The notes under the pieces: generated by a model | Database searches by the model: none | Seen by the model: only the letters and a program-made list of their open reading frames with translations | What the model was told of the DNA's origin: nothing | In this document: piece after piece, positions 38,901 to 53,900 of the stretch | Layout: every line of letters starts with the position of its first letter | How positions within the stretch are numbered: the stretch's first letter is position 1 | Program-made: the position numbers and the translations under genes | Source of the DNA: Laetmonice hystrix | Lineage: Eukaryota | Direction of reading: 5' to 3' | DNA: 64,000 bases | Assembly (NCBI GenBank): GCA_965235115.1 | Contig: OZ249448.1 | Span: forward strand, 22,320,001 to 22,384,000

Positions 38901-41900
38901 TAGTGTTAATTACCTCGGGTCAGAGCCTCACGTACCTGTGTAGTCTTAATTACCTCGGGTCAGAGCCTCACGTACCTGTGTAGTCTTAATTATCTCGGGT
39001 CAGAGCCTCACGTACCTGTGTAGTGTTAATTACCTCGGGTCAGAGCCTCACGTACCTGTGTAGTCTTAATTACCTCGGGTCAGAGCCTCACGTACCTGTG
39101 TAGTGTTACATATATTGCTCACATTACCTGACTGACATGTCATATTGCATGATCTCATGGTTACCGCACGGTTGAAGATACCGACTCTTTACAACGAACA
39201 TTTGTTAAGGTCTGCCTTGAGCTTTATGTCACGACTCCTTTGTCACATCGGGCAAAGGGTTGGAAAAAGCTAAAAAAAAAAAATACATACAAGTTACATT
39301 GTCTAACATCTTCCAACCATAGGGTGTTTCAGAAAAAAAACGTGTCATTTCCAAAATGTTCCCTAAAACTAAAACTAAGAAAGATTTTGGGCTATAAATT
39401 TGTAGGGATGCAGAGTGGACTCTGCTGTGCACAATGTCCATTTCATGGTGAAGCACGGCGACTGTCACAATTTGTATTACATAAGTGCCCAACTCTATAG
39501 GCCTTATAAACTATGACTTTGCTGGCATTAAAAATTAGTTCATCATGCCACAGTTCAACAGCGCACCTTCATGGTGTTTGAGTATGTAAAAACCAACTCT
39601 CCAGCCGTTGTAATTGAACGATTCAGAGTCGATGACGCTTTATGGAGGGTTAACTCCAGCAAAAATTACCTTTTGTATGCAAAAAAAAATACAATAAATG
39701 TTCTGTTTTAAGTAATGTGTATTTTTACCCATTATGGAATTGGCAAGGCATTGTCCATTGTACCATTTGTCCAAATTGCAAAGTTGTTTTTTGCACTGTT
39801 TTGAACCCATTCAGGTAAAGGCCTCTTGTGCAGTCATGCATGAAGCAATAAGAGCAAACATTTCAAGAGCAGTCATTTACATCCCACTCTACGCCCCTAC
39901 AAATTTATAGCCCAAAATCTTTCTTAGTTTTAGTTTTAGGGAACATTTTGGAGATGACACGTTTTTTTCTGAAACACCCTGTATAGTTTATATGCTTTAA
40001 AACCCGTGCTCATATACATCTGTACATACAGCCAACCGTGTATGCAGGGTTTCAAGGTATCAAAACTAGTTGAACAGGGGCGAGTTGGGTCTATAGGTAT
40101 GTGTGTGTGTCCGGCTTTAGGGACAATTCACAACGCAATGCGGTCATCCAAGCAGGACGAGATGACACGGTCGACAAACTGCATGGATGCAGACGTTCCT
40201 TCCATATCTTGTTGATATCTTGCCCAGTTAGCAAATCGTGAAAGCATGCATCACCAGACTACGCCCGTTTCATGCTTGCAATAATCATAGCTAACTATGG
40301 TACCTGTTGACATCAATTGTCAGTTTCAGCACACATGTTATGTTCCAGGTGCTAACTCTCGTACCTGTTGACATCAGTTGTCAGTTTCAGCACACATGTT
40401 ATGTTCCAGGTGCTACTAACTCTCGTACCTGTTGACATTAGTTGACATTTTCAGCACACATATATTTGTATATAATGTTCCAGGTGCTAACTCTCGTACC
40501 TGTTGACATCAGTTGTCAGTTTCAGAACACATATTTGTATATTATGTTCCAGGTGCTAACTCTCGTACCTGTTGACATCAGTTGTCAGTTTCAGCACACA
40601 TATTTGTATATTTTGTTCCAGGTGCTAACTCTCGTACCTGTTGACATCAGTTGTCAGTTTCAGCACACATATTTGTATATAATGTTCCAGGTGCTAACTC
40701 TCGTACCTGTTGACATCAATAATTTTTGTCAGTTTCAGCACACATAGGCCTATTTGTATTTATATGTCCCAGGTGACAGGTGGCATTGCTACTTGTTTCT
40801 GGTAAGATCGCATTTTCAAACCGCATATTGTTCATCTGGTGCTATCGACATGTCGGGCCGAAATACCGCCGCCCTGCCTACTTGACTATGGGGCTGCATG
40901 TAATATAATAGATGGCACCTATTGTTTATCGGATCCATGATTATCATGTGTGCCCCCGATAAAACTTAATGTAGATTTCTGAGAAGTAAGAATTACTCAT
41001 TTTGTAATGAACCCATAGGCCTAATGTCGAAAGTATCATCACCCATCTGTGATATTTATTCCTCGATTATTAAATCAGATTAATGCCATTTTCTTATTTG
41101 TTTCTCCGATTTGTTATTGTACACATGGTTACTGTGTATGGGTTATGGGAACACGGAGGGTAAAGTTCATTTATAGAATAAAAAATGAAGTCAGTTAATC
41201 AATACGAATCAGTATTCCTTGTCATGGTTGCCGTTGGGTAGGTCTCTTCACTCAACAGTCGATCAATACAATCCAACCCTTGTCATGGTTGCAGTCTGCT
41301 CGGCCTCGTCAGTTTAACAAAAGAACCAGCGGCGGCGAATAGCTCGAAAGTCTATCTCAATCAATATCCAACCGATTTATTGATTTCCATTACGGTGTGT
41401 TTCAGTTCGTGACCCCGCTCCTATGATTGATGATAAAATCCGATCTGTCCAGATCTGTCTCACAGTATAACCCATAGGCCTAATGTATAAAGAGTGCGCT
41501 GCCTATTATCACTTACTGGTAGTCTGTTTACGCTAACATGACTGGTGGTAATGTTTAATACTGATCGTTAGGACTACTACTGGCTAATTACTCTATATAT
41601 AGTCTACAGGACGCGATCGGCCATTAATTACTTAATACTTAATTAAGTGCCGACCTCCATTTCACCTTTGGAACAAGGCACTATGATCATTTTATTATGT
41701 TACAGAGACTCAGCGACAAACTTCTTCTTTGACCCGGCCACGATTCGAAACAGAGGTTTAGACATCTGTGACAACCAAACAATGAAATCCGTTAAATTAA
41801 AAAAAAATAGACAGGTGTCCAAGGGATGCAAGTCCCTGGGACCATGATTCAATATGATAAAGAAAATATAAACTCAGGTTATGGTTAAGATAGCCTACGT

Positions 41901-44900
41901 AGTAAGCCTCAGCCAGTGAGGCTTACGACCACTCAATGTTAAAAATTGGTGTGTCACTGGCAGCGCAAATTCATGTACCGATCAACTCACCGGCATCCAT
42001 TTATCACGGGCAACGTCTTCTTTTAGTGGTTCGACAAGTATTTTAAGGATAAAACATCAAATTGCGAAGTGTTGTACAGCTGCGGCTTCCGTTGCCTGTT
42101 TATGTCCCACCATGCATCTCTCTGACCTAGCAAGGTCCCCTGCTCTACGTATGTCGTAACATAGCGGACGCGTCTGTTAGGCAGGGTACCAGGCTACTCC
42201 CTATCCCGGAAGGTCAAAATGGCCGCGATAGGCAGAGAGCGAAATTCGTCGATTCCAGACTTTGTGCTGCCCTTATTATGTCTCGTCGTGCTTTCCAAAC
42301 TTGGAAATAAGTGAGATGAGTTACTTTAAGCGTGTTTATCAATATTCAGTCCAGATATATGGGCAGGGGAGGGGTTTTCATGGTGGTTGGATGATTTGAC
42401 CGAACACACCAGGAACTCGCACTAAGTGGCGGCCGTCTCTGTATACGGTATTACAGAGACGGATACTCTGTCTATGGTTAAGATTACGGTTAGGATTATG
42501 AAGATATGTTCATCTAGTAAAACATCACGCACTTCAAGCAGGTCCGTCGGACTTATTTCGGGAATTGCAGCTTTCATAGACCCATAGGGACTCGGATATC
42601 GCGACACCGGGCCACCTGAACGACGACATGTCGTGTTACAACAATGAACATTATTGTAATACCAGACCTAACCACACAGGACAACGTGGTCTCTGTAACA
42701 TACAATACTGCTTTATACTATTGTCCTCGGGGTACAATCTGTACACCAGAAACAGAAATCTACCCCGTGCAAGAATTGAGTCACGAAACTTGAGGACTAT
42801 GGGTTTATAATGAAGACGGCAGACTGCACGCAGGATGACTCATTTTTATCCTTCGACGCTCGGGGTTGAACCGCTTCCACTGATTCCCCCCTCACGACAC
42901 CACGCCTGATTCTCGTAGGGGAGTGCTTCGCAGCGTCACCTAGGTCCGTGCCGAGTCCCGACCAATCAGATTACAGCACAGTCTGAGGCGCCATTCATAA
43001 AAAATAGCTTGTATTTCTGGTTAGGCTAGCCAATATGGTAATCCTGGGTAAAGTTGTTGTGGTCGACGCCAATCGGAACGACCGAGCCATATTCATGAGG
43101 TTGACTTCAAGGTCAACCTCCCACGGTTTAGCCTGGGCTGGGCTCAAGGGGTAGAATGCAGGATGCGCGATGACCCTTGACAACTCAAGATGCTTAAAAG
43201 CCCAGTGTACACTGTCAACCTGGGCAACATGACTTTGGGCCCTGTGTACGCATTTGGCCAGAGTTACCGAGATGTTGCTGAGATGTTGTTCAAACAATGA
43301 GCGGGAATGAGCATTTTTTGGAGGGAAACTCACATAAGATGGAAGATTCGAAGAAAAGACACCTTGTCTGTGCTTCTTCTGCAGTTTTGCTGCTCATGGT
43401 TGACAGACATCCAAGAAATCCCAAAGTACAAAAATAGACCACTCCATGGTAGCTGCCATTTTGTCCAAATCACATGATCACACTAGGTCAGGTGACCTAG
43501 AGCCTGCTCCTGATTGGTTAATGTCGGCAACATGTCGGTAAAATAAATGCATTTGCATTCTTTCGTCAACATCTGACCAACAGTTGGGTAACATGTTACC
43601 CAATTTGCTTTGCTCTGTATACACTGACAACATTTTCGGCAACAAGCTACCTGGTCAACATGTTACCGAGAATGTTACCCAAAATGTTGACAGTGTAGGC
43701 CTACACTGGGCTTTTTTAACTCTTCAGCTACCAGACGACCTGGCTGAGTTGTTGGGTAACTACTGCTACACGCTGTAAAAGGTCATCCTATCTATACTAT
43801 GTCATTTTTCGAGAGGCAATCAACTTACAAACCGCAAATAGCTCTACTTATACCAAATACAAACAACGAATTAAATGTTAATTGTATACCTATATCAGGG
43901 CCTACTATGGTGCACTGATGATTATTTACATGGGACCGACAAACCAGCATGTGTCATTCGGCAGTGGCGCCGAAGGTGCGCAAAAAAGATGTAGGGTGCT
44001 TAGCCTTTCATCGGTCAAACTCATGGATATTATAAATGGTCTATTGCTTTTCACCTGATGTGATTGTCTGCCTGGTGAATATAGCTTACAATAATTGGAT
44101 CTTATTTATTTCCGAAAGGATCTTGACGGCAAAAAATGTCGCCTTTCATTCCGATGTCATAGATATAGATCTACGACCCGATGGAAGAGCGTCACTCGAC
44201 TCCCCCAGACAAACAGTTTTTGCACTAAGTTTCCTTGTCTGTGTTTTTGTACACGTGGCCACACAGCCTACTGCATCCATGGTTAAAGGTCCACTGTATA
44301 TATTACAGAGGACCGCATCAGCCATCACTTCCTAAACTGTGCGCTGCACCCCATCAGATGTTAAGGGAAGTAATCGTGTATTCGTAGAGATTATGAATCG
44401 GTGCCGTTTCTTTATTTGAAGAGATTTTATTAAATCTCTATGGGTTCGCCAACGACCCTAACACGACAGTGTATAGGGGAGAGTCAACGGCTAGGTAAGG
44501 ATCAATCTTACCAAACAGTCAATCTGAGACATATTGCTGGGGCCTTCAACTCCTGTTATCTATTGACACTATACCTTGTTTGATTATCACGGATCTATTT
44601 ATCGACGATACATTCTGTACAAATGGTTGGAAGGACCTTGTATGTATCACTATCTTACAATATCACCAAACACTGTTTCTTTTCATCTCCTTTCAAGTCG
44701 AAACACCTGAAGCTTTTGGAGTTAAAGAATCCCACATTTTTAATAATATTATAGTTTTAAGGGGAAAATATTTACTTTCATATCAACAAGTTGTCACTGA
44801 CTTTATCAACCAGATACACTATTGCAGGGTTGGCGTTGTCTTAACAACCGTTATTAGAAATGCCTAAGGAAGCACATATGTGGCAATTGATTATTTTTGC

Positions 44901-47900
44901 CTTAAACGTCTTAAGATTTTCTCTATATCTCAAAAGGTGATACATTCAAATGATAAAGTTAGGATTGCTAGCCCAAGGGTCACCTAAAAATCAATTACTC
45001 CTCACAAAATGTTTTCTGTGTGTATTCCTGTTTAAAACCTTCGTCACCGCTACCAAAGTCCGTCCACTTTCCCTGGAAAGGCAAAATACACCAGGAACCC
45101 CTGGAGATATTAAAAAAACACATGGCAGACAATTGAGTTTTAAAAGTTGAAACCTACTCGTAGAATTCCTGACTAGGTGAGACGGAATTGTTGGGACGGT
45201 TGATACTGGCGCCCTCGGTGTAGTTGTCCCAGCACTGGGGCGTGTTCCACGTGTTGTTGCAGTGTGACCATGGCAACAGGCTCTGGAAGGAGCTGAACAG
45301 GTAGTAGATGGCCCACGTCAGGATGACATTGTAGTAGGTGCACAACAAGAAGGACAGCATCACTGTTGCCAGTCCGGCACCTGTAACCATAGCAACCAGA
45401 CATGTATTAAGACGCCGGTACATGAGACACGCGGAAAAATCGTCCTGGCATGAATGTATTATTCACGCGATCTATGGCAAGAGAATGAAGTAGCTCTCAT
45501 TTTATCAAAACTTAAAGGTGCTATTCGTGGAAACAAGTTCAATTTTTTAATTTTTAATTTTGTTGACGTTTATGTGATCCCACCTATCATGGAAATAGAT
45601 TCACAACAAAGGAAATCAAATTTTTTCATGGATAACGGCACAAATGGGGCTCTCTCAGAAGGCCTGTGGAGACCCTGACACGCCTCACCATAGGAAATGG
45701 CTCTATCTCGGTGCGCACCGAGATAGGTTTCAAATGCTGCACACAAACTAAAAGAAGGTTTATCAGGCCAATGGTATCGGTAGGAATTTTATCTAGTACT
45801 ATGTGCACAATGTATGATAGGAGAAATGCCATTCTGAGTGAGAGGAATAGCACCTTTAAATCTTTTCATTTGTCTGGTTTACTTCCCTGTGAGGTTCGCC
45901 TTCATGATACCAGACAGCCTAATCCTTTAATCTATTCCTGAAGCCGCTATAGAATATACAGCGCAAACAAGCACTTGTTTACAAAGTGATGAAAAAGTCA
46001 GATGACTGATGAATAACATTTAGAAAAGTAAACTGAAAATAGGCAACCCAAACATCGCGGCACATTTCTAGTGTTAAACTATTCAAACAGTGAATCTGGG
46101 TTGGGATACTGTGAGCACCCAACTTGCCACTAGTTTATGGGCCGGTAATTCGACGACCAATAGCGTCTATGTAAGCACATGAGATATTATGTAGCGTTTG
46201 TGTTGACTCACTGGCGGGTCTACTGCCTGAGACTGTTCTCTTCCACCTTGGAATAAATGCAGGAACTAACAAACTGAAAATTGGAATAAGTACATTATCC
46301 TGCCATGGCACCCACTTCTCCCAGTCTCCAGTCTTCATGTCTGGGATACGTGACTGGATGAAATCCACTTAGGATTATTTAGTTGTGTCACGGAGGCGTG
46401 GGCACACATTTCACTATATAAGTGAGTGAGTAGTTGGTGTTGGAGAACAAGATAACTAACTCAGTCGGTGAAATCCATTGGGTGATAATAATAATAGTGA
46501 TAGGAAGAAACCCGCGCACCGGGGCGAACCTCCACTCTTTTCGATAGATGCGTCCAAGGGATCGTTAACGTGGCCCTTCACCTAGACGTATCGGACACAG
46601 CCTTTGATAAAGCAGACAACAGCACTGCTACACCGGAAGGTCCGGCGAGCCCGTGGCTCGAACGCAGAACCTTTGGATCAAGGATCCCGGGCTCTTACAG
46701 TTACCACTACGCCCCCCCCCCCCCCCCCCGCCCCGGTAAGGTTTGTGTTGGCTGACTCGCCAAAATAGGACGTCTCTTGTTACAATGAAGACAAGGGGTG
46801 ATAAACGACACCCCTGTGTGACCTTTACTCAAGGTGATGTTCAGCGCATTATGACCTGTAACTAGGACTATACCCAGGGTCAAACACTGACAGGTAGAAG
46901 TGGAGAAATCACTGTATAGATCAGCCTGCCAGACACACACACCTGAACGCCGTACTGCCGCAGGTGTCTGCTACCTCTGTGATAGTATTTCTTTCTTTTC
47001 AGAAGGCAAAAGTCGGTGTCTAGACTAGACAAACATGAGAGATGAACAGTACGTTTGTCGGGCGACGACTGCTCAAGGGAAAATCTCTTCCAAGTTAACA
47101 TGAAAAGGATGTGAACAGACGGATGTAAACAGTGTAGGTCGTGTCATTTGGTCCGACATTGGTGCGACGATACGCATACATCTCGTACCTTCCAATCAAG
47201 CCTGATAATCTGTTATAGTTTTTCCTTCACATAATCTGATTCTTTCATATTCTGAAGTTGTCAAAAGATTCGTGTCAAGCTATACGTCTACATAGGAAGA
47301 GACATAGGTCTGCGCGGCGACCCCTTGAGCTCTTCCATTTGAAATAGCCATCCACCGCTGGCAACTTGGCCTTGCAACCCGTTGGCAACCCGTTGGCAAC
47401 CTATTGGCAACCTGTTCGCAACTCGGGGAAGTCCTACAGTTGACATCCCAGTCGCGAACACGACACGAACACTATTTTGGTGGATCACCTGTCATGAGGG
47501 GTTCGCAACTGGCTTTGCAACTCGCCTGGCTTTGCAACCTGTTCGCAACCTCCCTTGGTGAAATCAAACAGGTTTGATTTCGCCCACTGGCGACTGGAAC
47601 AAGGCAACTGTATTTTCCGGTGGATCAGCTTTCGCGACTGATTCGCAACTTGTCATCAAAGTTGCGAATCAGTTGCAAAGTTTTGTTTGTGACTGATTCG
47701 CAACTTTGATTCTTTAGACTAGTCAGTTGCGAAGCAGTTGCCACCGGTGGATCAGGGGCAATAGTTTTCTCAATCTGCAAACTATCAGGAGCAGGTCGAT
47801 AATAGGCAGGGGACAAAAGTCGCGCCCTCCCCTTATTTCTGCAGATTGACTTAAAAATGAACTGTTACTGATAGATTTGACGTACCCCCCCCCCCCCCCC

Positions 47901-50900
47901 CCCCCCCGCCAGCGTCCCCTTTCCAAAATTCCTGGATCCGTCCTTGAGAGGAGGCACTCGGTGAGAACCTACCTTGAAAGAGCGGGCAGAGTTTCTGCAG
48001 CGCGCCGACTGGCCCCTGGCGGGTTGACTGTCCCATGCCGATCTCCATGTACAGGAGGGGAATGCCGCACAGAAAGAGCATGATGAAGTATGGAATGAGG
48101 AAGGCACCTGTAACAAAACGACCACAACAGTTAGTGACCGGAGCAGCAGGAGCAGCAGGGCAGCAAAAGTGAGCCGCTCAAAATCTTTATGGTTGTCTGT
48201 GGAAGGGTCCCAATGAGTGTCTATGTGAAAAAAGGAGACAGATTGGAAATCAATACTTTTGCCATTATTTTAGTTCATTTAAACGAAAGAGTATTCTTAC
48301 GTCCATCCTATTCATCCAAAAATGTCTATCCACAGTGAAGAGTGTGATGTTTACGTAGTGAATGCACTATATCTGATAACCTACTCTCCTTCGCACCATT
48401 AACTTGTAAAAGCATAAACCATTAACTATAAGCAGTTTCTAAGGCCATAGTCGAATGGTTCCACTTGTAGTTAAATATATATCAATCATGGGTGCCAAAA
48501 AGGAATAAAAGAACGCAAATAGAACAGATATGGACGCCCACGTTCTGTATGCCGTCGGGCCATTTATTCGTGCGGCAGATTGCATGAAGTGCAGTGCGAC
48601 CTTTGACGGGGACTCAAAAGTGCTGAATCATCCGAGGACTGCTGCCATTCGGGAGCGCTGCCTATTCTGTACTGGTACCATTATTCCTGTTGTGTACAAA
48701 CACGTCGTTCCTATACATTCCCGATAGCTACATTCTCCGGTCATTCTCCCAAGATGTCAGAACCATCAGGGCGTGTTGTATTATTAAACTTTAGGGCGGT
48801 TCCAACATGTAAAGTTTTCTGCTAAAGGCCTGTTGAGGGACAAACTACACTTGCGTCAAATAACGAACCGAAGCGAAACGTATTCTAGAATTCATGTCGG
48901 GTATGCGAATTCTAGAATTCGCTTGTAAAGCGCTTTGAATCGCTTGAATGCGCATTGGACCTCTGGAATGCGCTTCAAAGCGCTTTCTGGGGGCTAGTGT
49001 GAAAAGGGCATAGGTCGGGAGGGGGATCAACTGGGATCAAGTCAGTGAACTGCCGTGACGTCACGGGTAAGAATATAGATACAGAATCCCCCACTTCACT
49101 CCCACACCATAGCGTTACGAAAACGGAAGTCCTTCCACAGGAGTATTAGGCAGCCTACTGACTTGTGCCATCAAGGGCATCGGCTAATCTTTATGGATCC
49201 TTGTCCATGGATTATTGGCTTTGATAATAGACGATGATTACCTCCACATGTGGATTTCTTCCATGAAAATCACGCGATATATATCTATCCCATATAAACT
49301 TGGTAATAGCCACACCAATTAACAAAACATACGGGCAGGACCAGGATGTTAACACATCACGACCAACACATCGTCGTAAACATTAACCGTGACCCATGTA
49401 TTTCCATGAAAGCTCTAAGAAAGGAAGTAAAACGCCATTCTAACTTCTGAAAAACAGCCAAAAGGTGGTATCGTTCAAAATGTGGAGCAATCCGACTCAG
49501 TTTTTGCTAAGTCCAGTTGGGTTGTGTCAAGGTGACAAGTCTCAGATCAAGGCCACAACTCAACCTTAGAAAATGTGGGTCACTCAACACAACAACATCC
49601 TGCCTCGGGGAGACAAACACAAGGACTTCACGTGGGACATGCAAGTTCATCTACAGCTAATTACATCAGTCGATGAGCTGGAGTTTGAAGAGGCTGAGCA
49701 ATCATGTGGTGGAATCGACCGACCTTGACCCTCTAGAGGGTAATTACTAGCTTCTATGGGATATAATAACACTGGGGAGATACACTAAGTGATATAATAA
49801 CACTGGGGGAGATACACTATATCATATAAATAACACTGGGGAGATACACTATGTGGTATAATAACACTTGGGAGATACACTATGTCATATAATAACACTG
49901 GGGGGATACACTTTTTGATATAATAACACTGGGGAGATACACTTTTTGATATAATAACACTGGGGAGATACACTATGTGGTATAATAACACTGGGGAGAT
50001 ACACTATGTCATATAATAACACTGGGGGATACACTTTTTGATATAATAACACTGGGGAGATACACTATGTGGTATAATAACACTGGGGGAGATACACTAT
50101 GTGGTATAATAACACTGGGGAAGATACAATATGTCATATAATAACACTGGGGAAGATACACTATGTCATATAATAACACTGGGGGAGATACACTATGTGA
50201 TATAATAACACTGGGGAGATACACTATGTGGTATAATAACACTGGGGAGATACACTATGTCATATAATAACACTGGGGAGATACACTATGTCATATAATA
50301 ACACTGGGGAGATACACTATGTCTATAATAACACTGGGGAGATACACTATGTCATATAATAACACTGGGGAGATACACTATGTCATATAATAACACTGGG
50401 GAGATACACTATGTCTATAATAACACTGGGGAGATACACTATGTCATATATTACCACTGGGGAGATACACTATGTCATATAATAACACTGGGGAGATACA
50501 CTATGTCATATAATAACACTGGGGGATACACTTTTTGATATAATAACACTGGGGAGATACACTTTTTGATATAATAACACTGGGGAGATACACTATGTCA
50601 TATAATAACACTGGGGGGATACACTTTTTGATATAATAACACTGGGGAGATACACTATGTGGTATAATAACACTGGGGGAGATACACTATGTGGTATAAT
50701 AACACTGGGGGAGATACAATATGTCATATAATAACACTGGGGAAGATACACTATGTCATATAATAACACTGGGGGAGATACACTATGTGATATAATAACA
50801 CTGGGGAGATACACTATGTGGTATAATAACACTGGGGAGATACACTATGTCATATAATAACACTGGGGAGATACACTATGTCATATAATAACACTGGGGA

Positions 50901-53900
50901 GATACACTTTTTGATATAATAACACTGGGGAGATACACTATGTGGTATAATAACACTGGGGGAGATACACTATGTGGTATAATAACACTGGGGGAGATAC
51001 AATATGTCATATAATAACACTGGGGAAGATACACTATGTCATATAATAACACTGGGGGAGATACACTATGTCATATAATAACACTGGGGAGATACACTAT
51101 GTGGTATAATAACACTGGGGAGATACACTATGTCATATAATAACACTGGGGAGATACACTATGTCATATAATAACACTGGGGAGATACACTATGTCTATA
51201 ATAACACTGGGGAGATACACTATGTCTATAATAACACTGGGGAGATACACTATGTCATATAATAACACTGGGAGATACACTATGTCATATAATAACACTG
51301 GGGAGATACACTATGTCATATAATACCACTGGGGAGATACACTATGTCATATAATACCACTGGGGAGATACACTATGTCTATAATAACACTGGGGAGATA
51401 CACTATGTCTATAATAACACTGGGGAGATACACTATGTCTATAATAACACTGGGGAGATACACTATGTCATATAATAACACTGGGGAGATACACTATGTC
51501 ATATAATACCACTGGGGAGATACACTATGTCTATAATAACACTGGGGAGATACACTATGTCTATAATAACACTGGGGAGATACACTATGTCTATAATAAC
51601 ACTGGGGAGATACACTATGTCATATAATAACACTGGGGAGATACACTATGTCATATAATACCACTGGGGAGATACACTATGTCTATAATAACACTGGGGA
51701 GATACACTATGTCTATAATAACACTGGGGAGATACACTATGTCTATAATAACACTGGGGAGATACACTATGTCATATAATAACACTGGGGAGATACACTA
51801 TGTCATATAATACCACTGGGGAGATACACTATGTCATATAATAACACTGGGGAGATACACTATGTCATATAATAACACTGGGGAGATACACTATGTCATA
51901 TAATACCACTGGGGAGATACACTATGTCATATAATAACACTGGGGAGATACACTATGTGGTATAATAACACTGGGGAGATACACTATGTCATATAATAAC
52001 ACTGGGGAGATACACTATGTCATATAATAACACTGGGGAGATACACTATGTGGTATAATAACACTGGGGGAGATACAATATGTGTTATAATAACACTGGG
52101 GGAGATACACTATGTGATATTTTGGTAGGGAGAATTTAACTTTCTCCATCAGCATGGTCATCTAAGCTTTGGGAGGACGTATTTTTAACTCGGCTACATG
52201 ACCTCATCGGGCCAACCCTAGTCACCCCAACATCCATATATGGAGGTCTGAGCCCAGGAACATAATCTACATTTTTGTGGTCAAAGTTGTTTTCAACGAC
52301 AGTTTCTTCCCTTATTGTATTTCTTTCCATTTTTGAGTATTGTACTGTTTGAGGTGAGGTTTCTATTCAAACCTGTAAAGTTCTAGGAATGTTACACCAA
52401 TAATTAGTTTTACTGAGGAAGGTTTTAACTGACACTTAATCCAAATCTCACTTCCTCCTGTGGTCAGCCCGAGGGGGTATATATACTGCTTCCCCGCCGG
52501 CACTCTCTCTCTCTCTTGCTCCTGCTCTTACTCCTCACTCCTACCCGCTTACTTCACGCCAGTTGACTCACCCACGGATTTTACTCTGACATGCCAGGAG
52601 GCCAATATATTATGTGTGAACATTATGGATATTTACTGGAGGGCATGTAGCCTAATCTACAGTTATTAACAACAACGGAAACGCCAGGAAAGGTTGAGTA
52701 GGACCATTTTCCCATGCTTTCCTTTACTTTTCTACTGTCCACGTGGCGCCAGTCGCACGTGCGTTTTATGTGGCCGCCATCTTGCTTCCTCCAGTGCGGC
52801 TGGTGAGATATACTATTTTTAATGTAACCTAATTAATAAACCATGGATGTTCCACTTATAATCAATGTTTCTTTTTATCTTCACCAATTATTTTAGCTAG
52901 CTCTCTCCCCGGTATTTATTTCGTACTTCTCACAATTAATTGCTCCCCACACAAGCCACTGGAGATCACGAGGTAGAATCTTCCAAGACAAAACAAAAGC
53001 AAATCTACAAAACTAAAGTACAAAAGTACGAAAGTGGTGGAGAAAATAACAAAAGTACGAAAGTGGTGGTAGAACCCGAGGTTTTTCTTTTTGCTCTTTA
53101 CAATTTTCGGTTGGAACATCCGTTTCTAAATTCATTCATTATTCTAAAAATTTTTTAACTTACTAACTTATCTTGAACTCCCAGCTGAATTATCTGTCAA
53201 ATTCTATTCCAATTACTCCCCGCCTCGGAATGTCTCTTAGGTTTCACAACTCTACTTGCTCTCTCCACTCAGACAATACATTTTCCCTCTTATGCTTTGT
53301 TCTGACTCTGACTTACAACCCTCATCACTCGGTCCTGCTTATAATCTCCGGTCACGGCAAGTAACAGTACGTTCTACGAAAATGGAAGCTACAATTAACG
53401 CGCTAGGCGAACGATTTACTGCCTGCTGCGCGCGCTATGATCACCCGCGTGCCTGTGAACATGCAGCAGATCCTGGACACGCCGGTGGGACGGGGGGAAG
53501 TACAGCTGACGTCAGCCCCTCATACCGTGGACGCCGACCAGTTTGCCCGCCTGCTGGACATCCTGGACAAGCAGACGGTGCAAATCGCTGCACTCCAGCA
53601 GGGTCAGGTTACGACTGCACCGGTCAAGCAGCCGTTCAGGGGGGCACCGAGTCAGGGCTCCATCTCCCGCCCACCCACCCAGAGATACCACCAGCAACAA
53701 CCGAGAGGATGATCAGGAGGAAGGTCTGCATGACACGTTCCACCTAGTGATGCAGAGGGCAAGTTGTTGCCAAATCCCATTCATGCTAATAGACTGAGAC
53801 ATTTTCATGAAAGGATTCAGGGGGATAATGCTGAACCAGTGGCTGACCCACCAACTGATCAAGACCAGGCTTCTTCAACAGCGACTCAGCCCATGCCAAG

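Noticed and set aside
42995-43333. 112-aa minus ORF
   Set aside because: Overlaps a TIR element end and shows no domain similarity.
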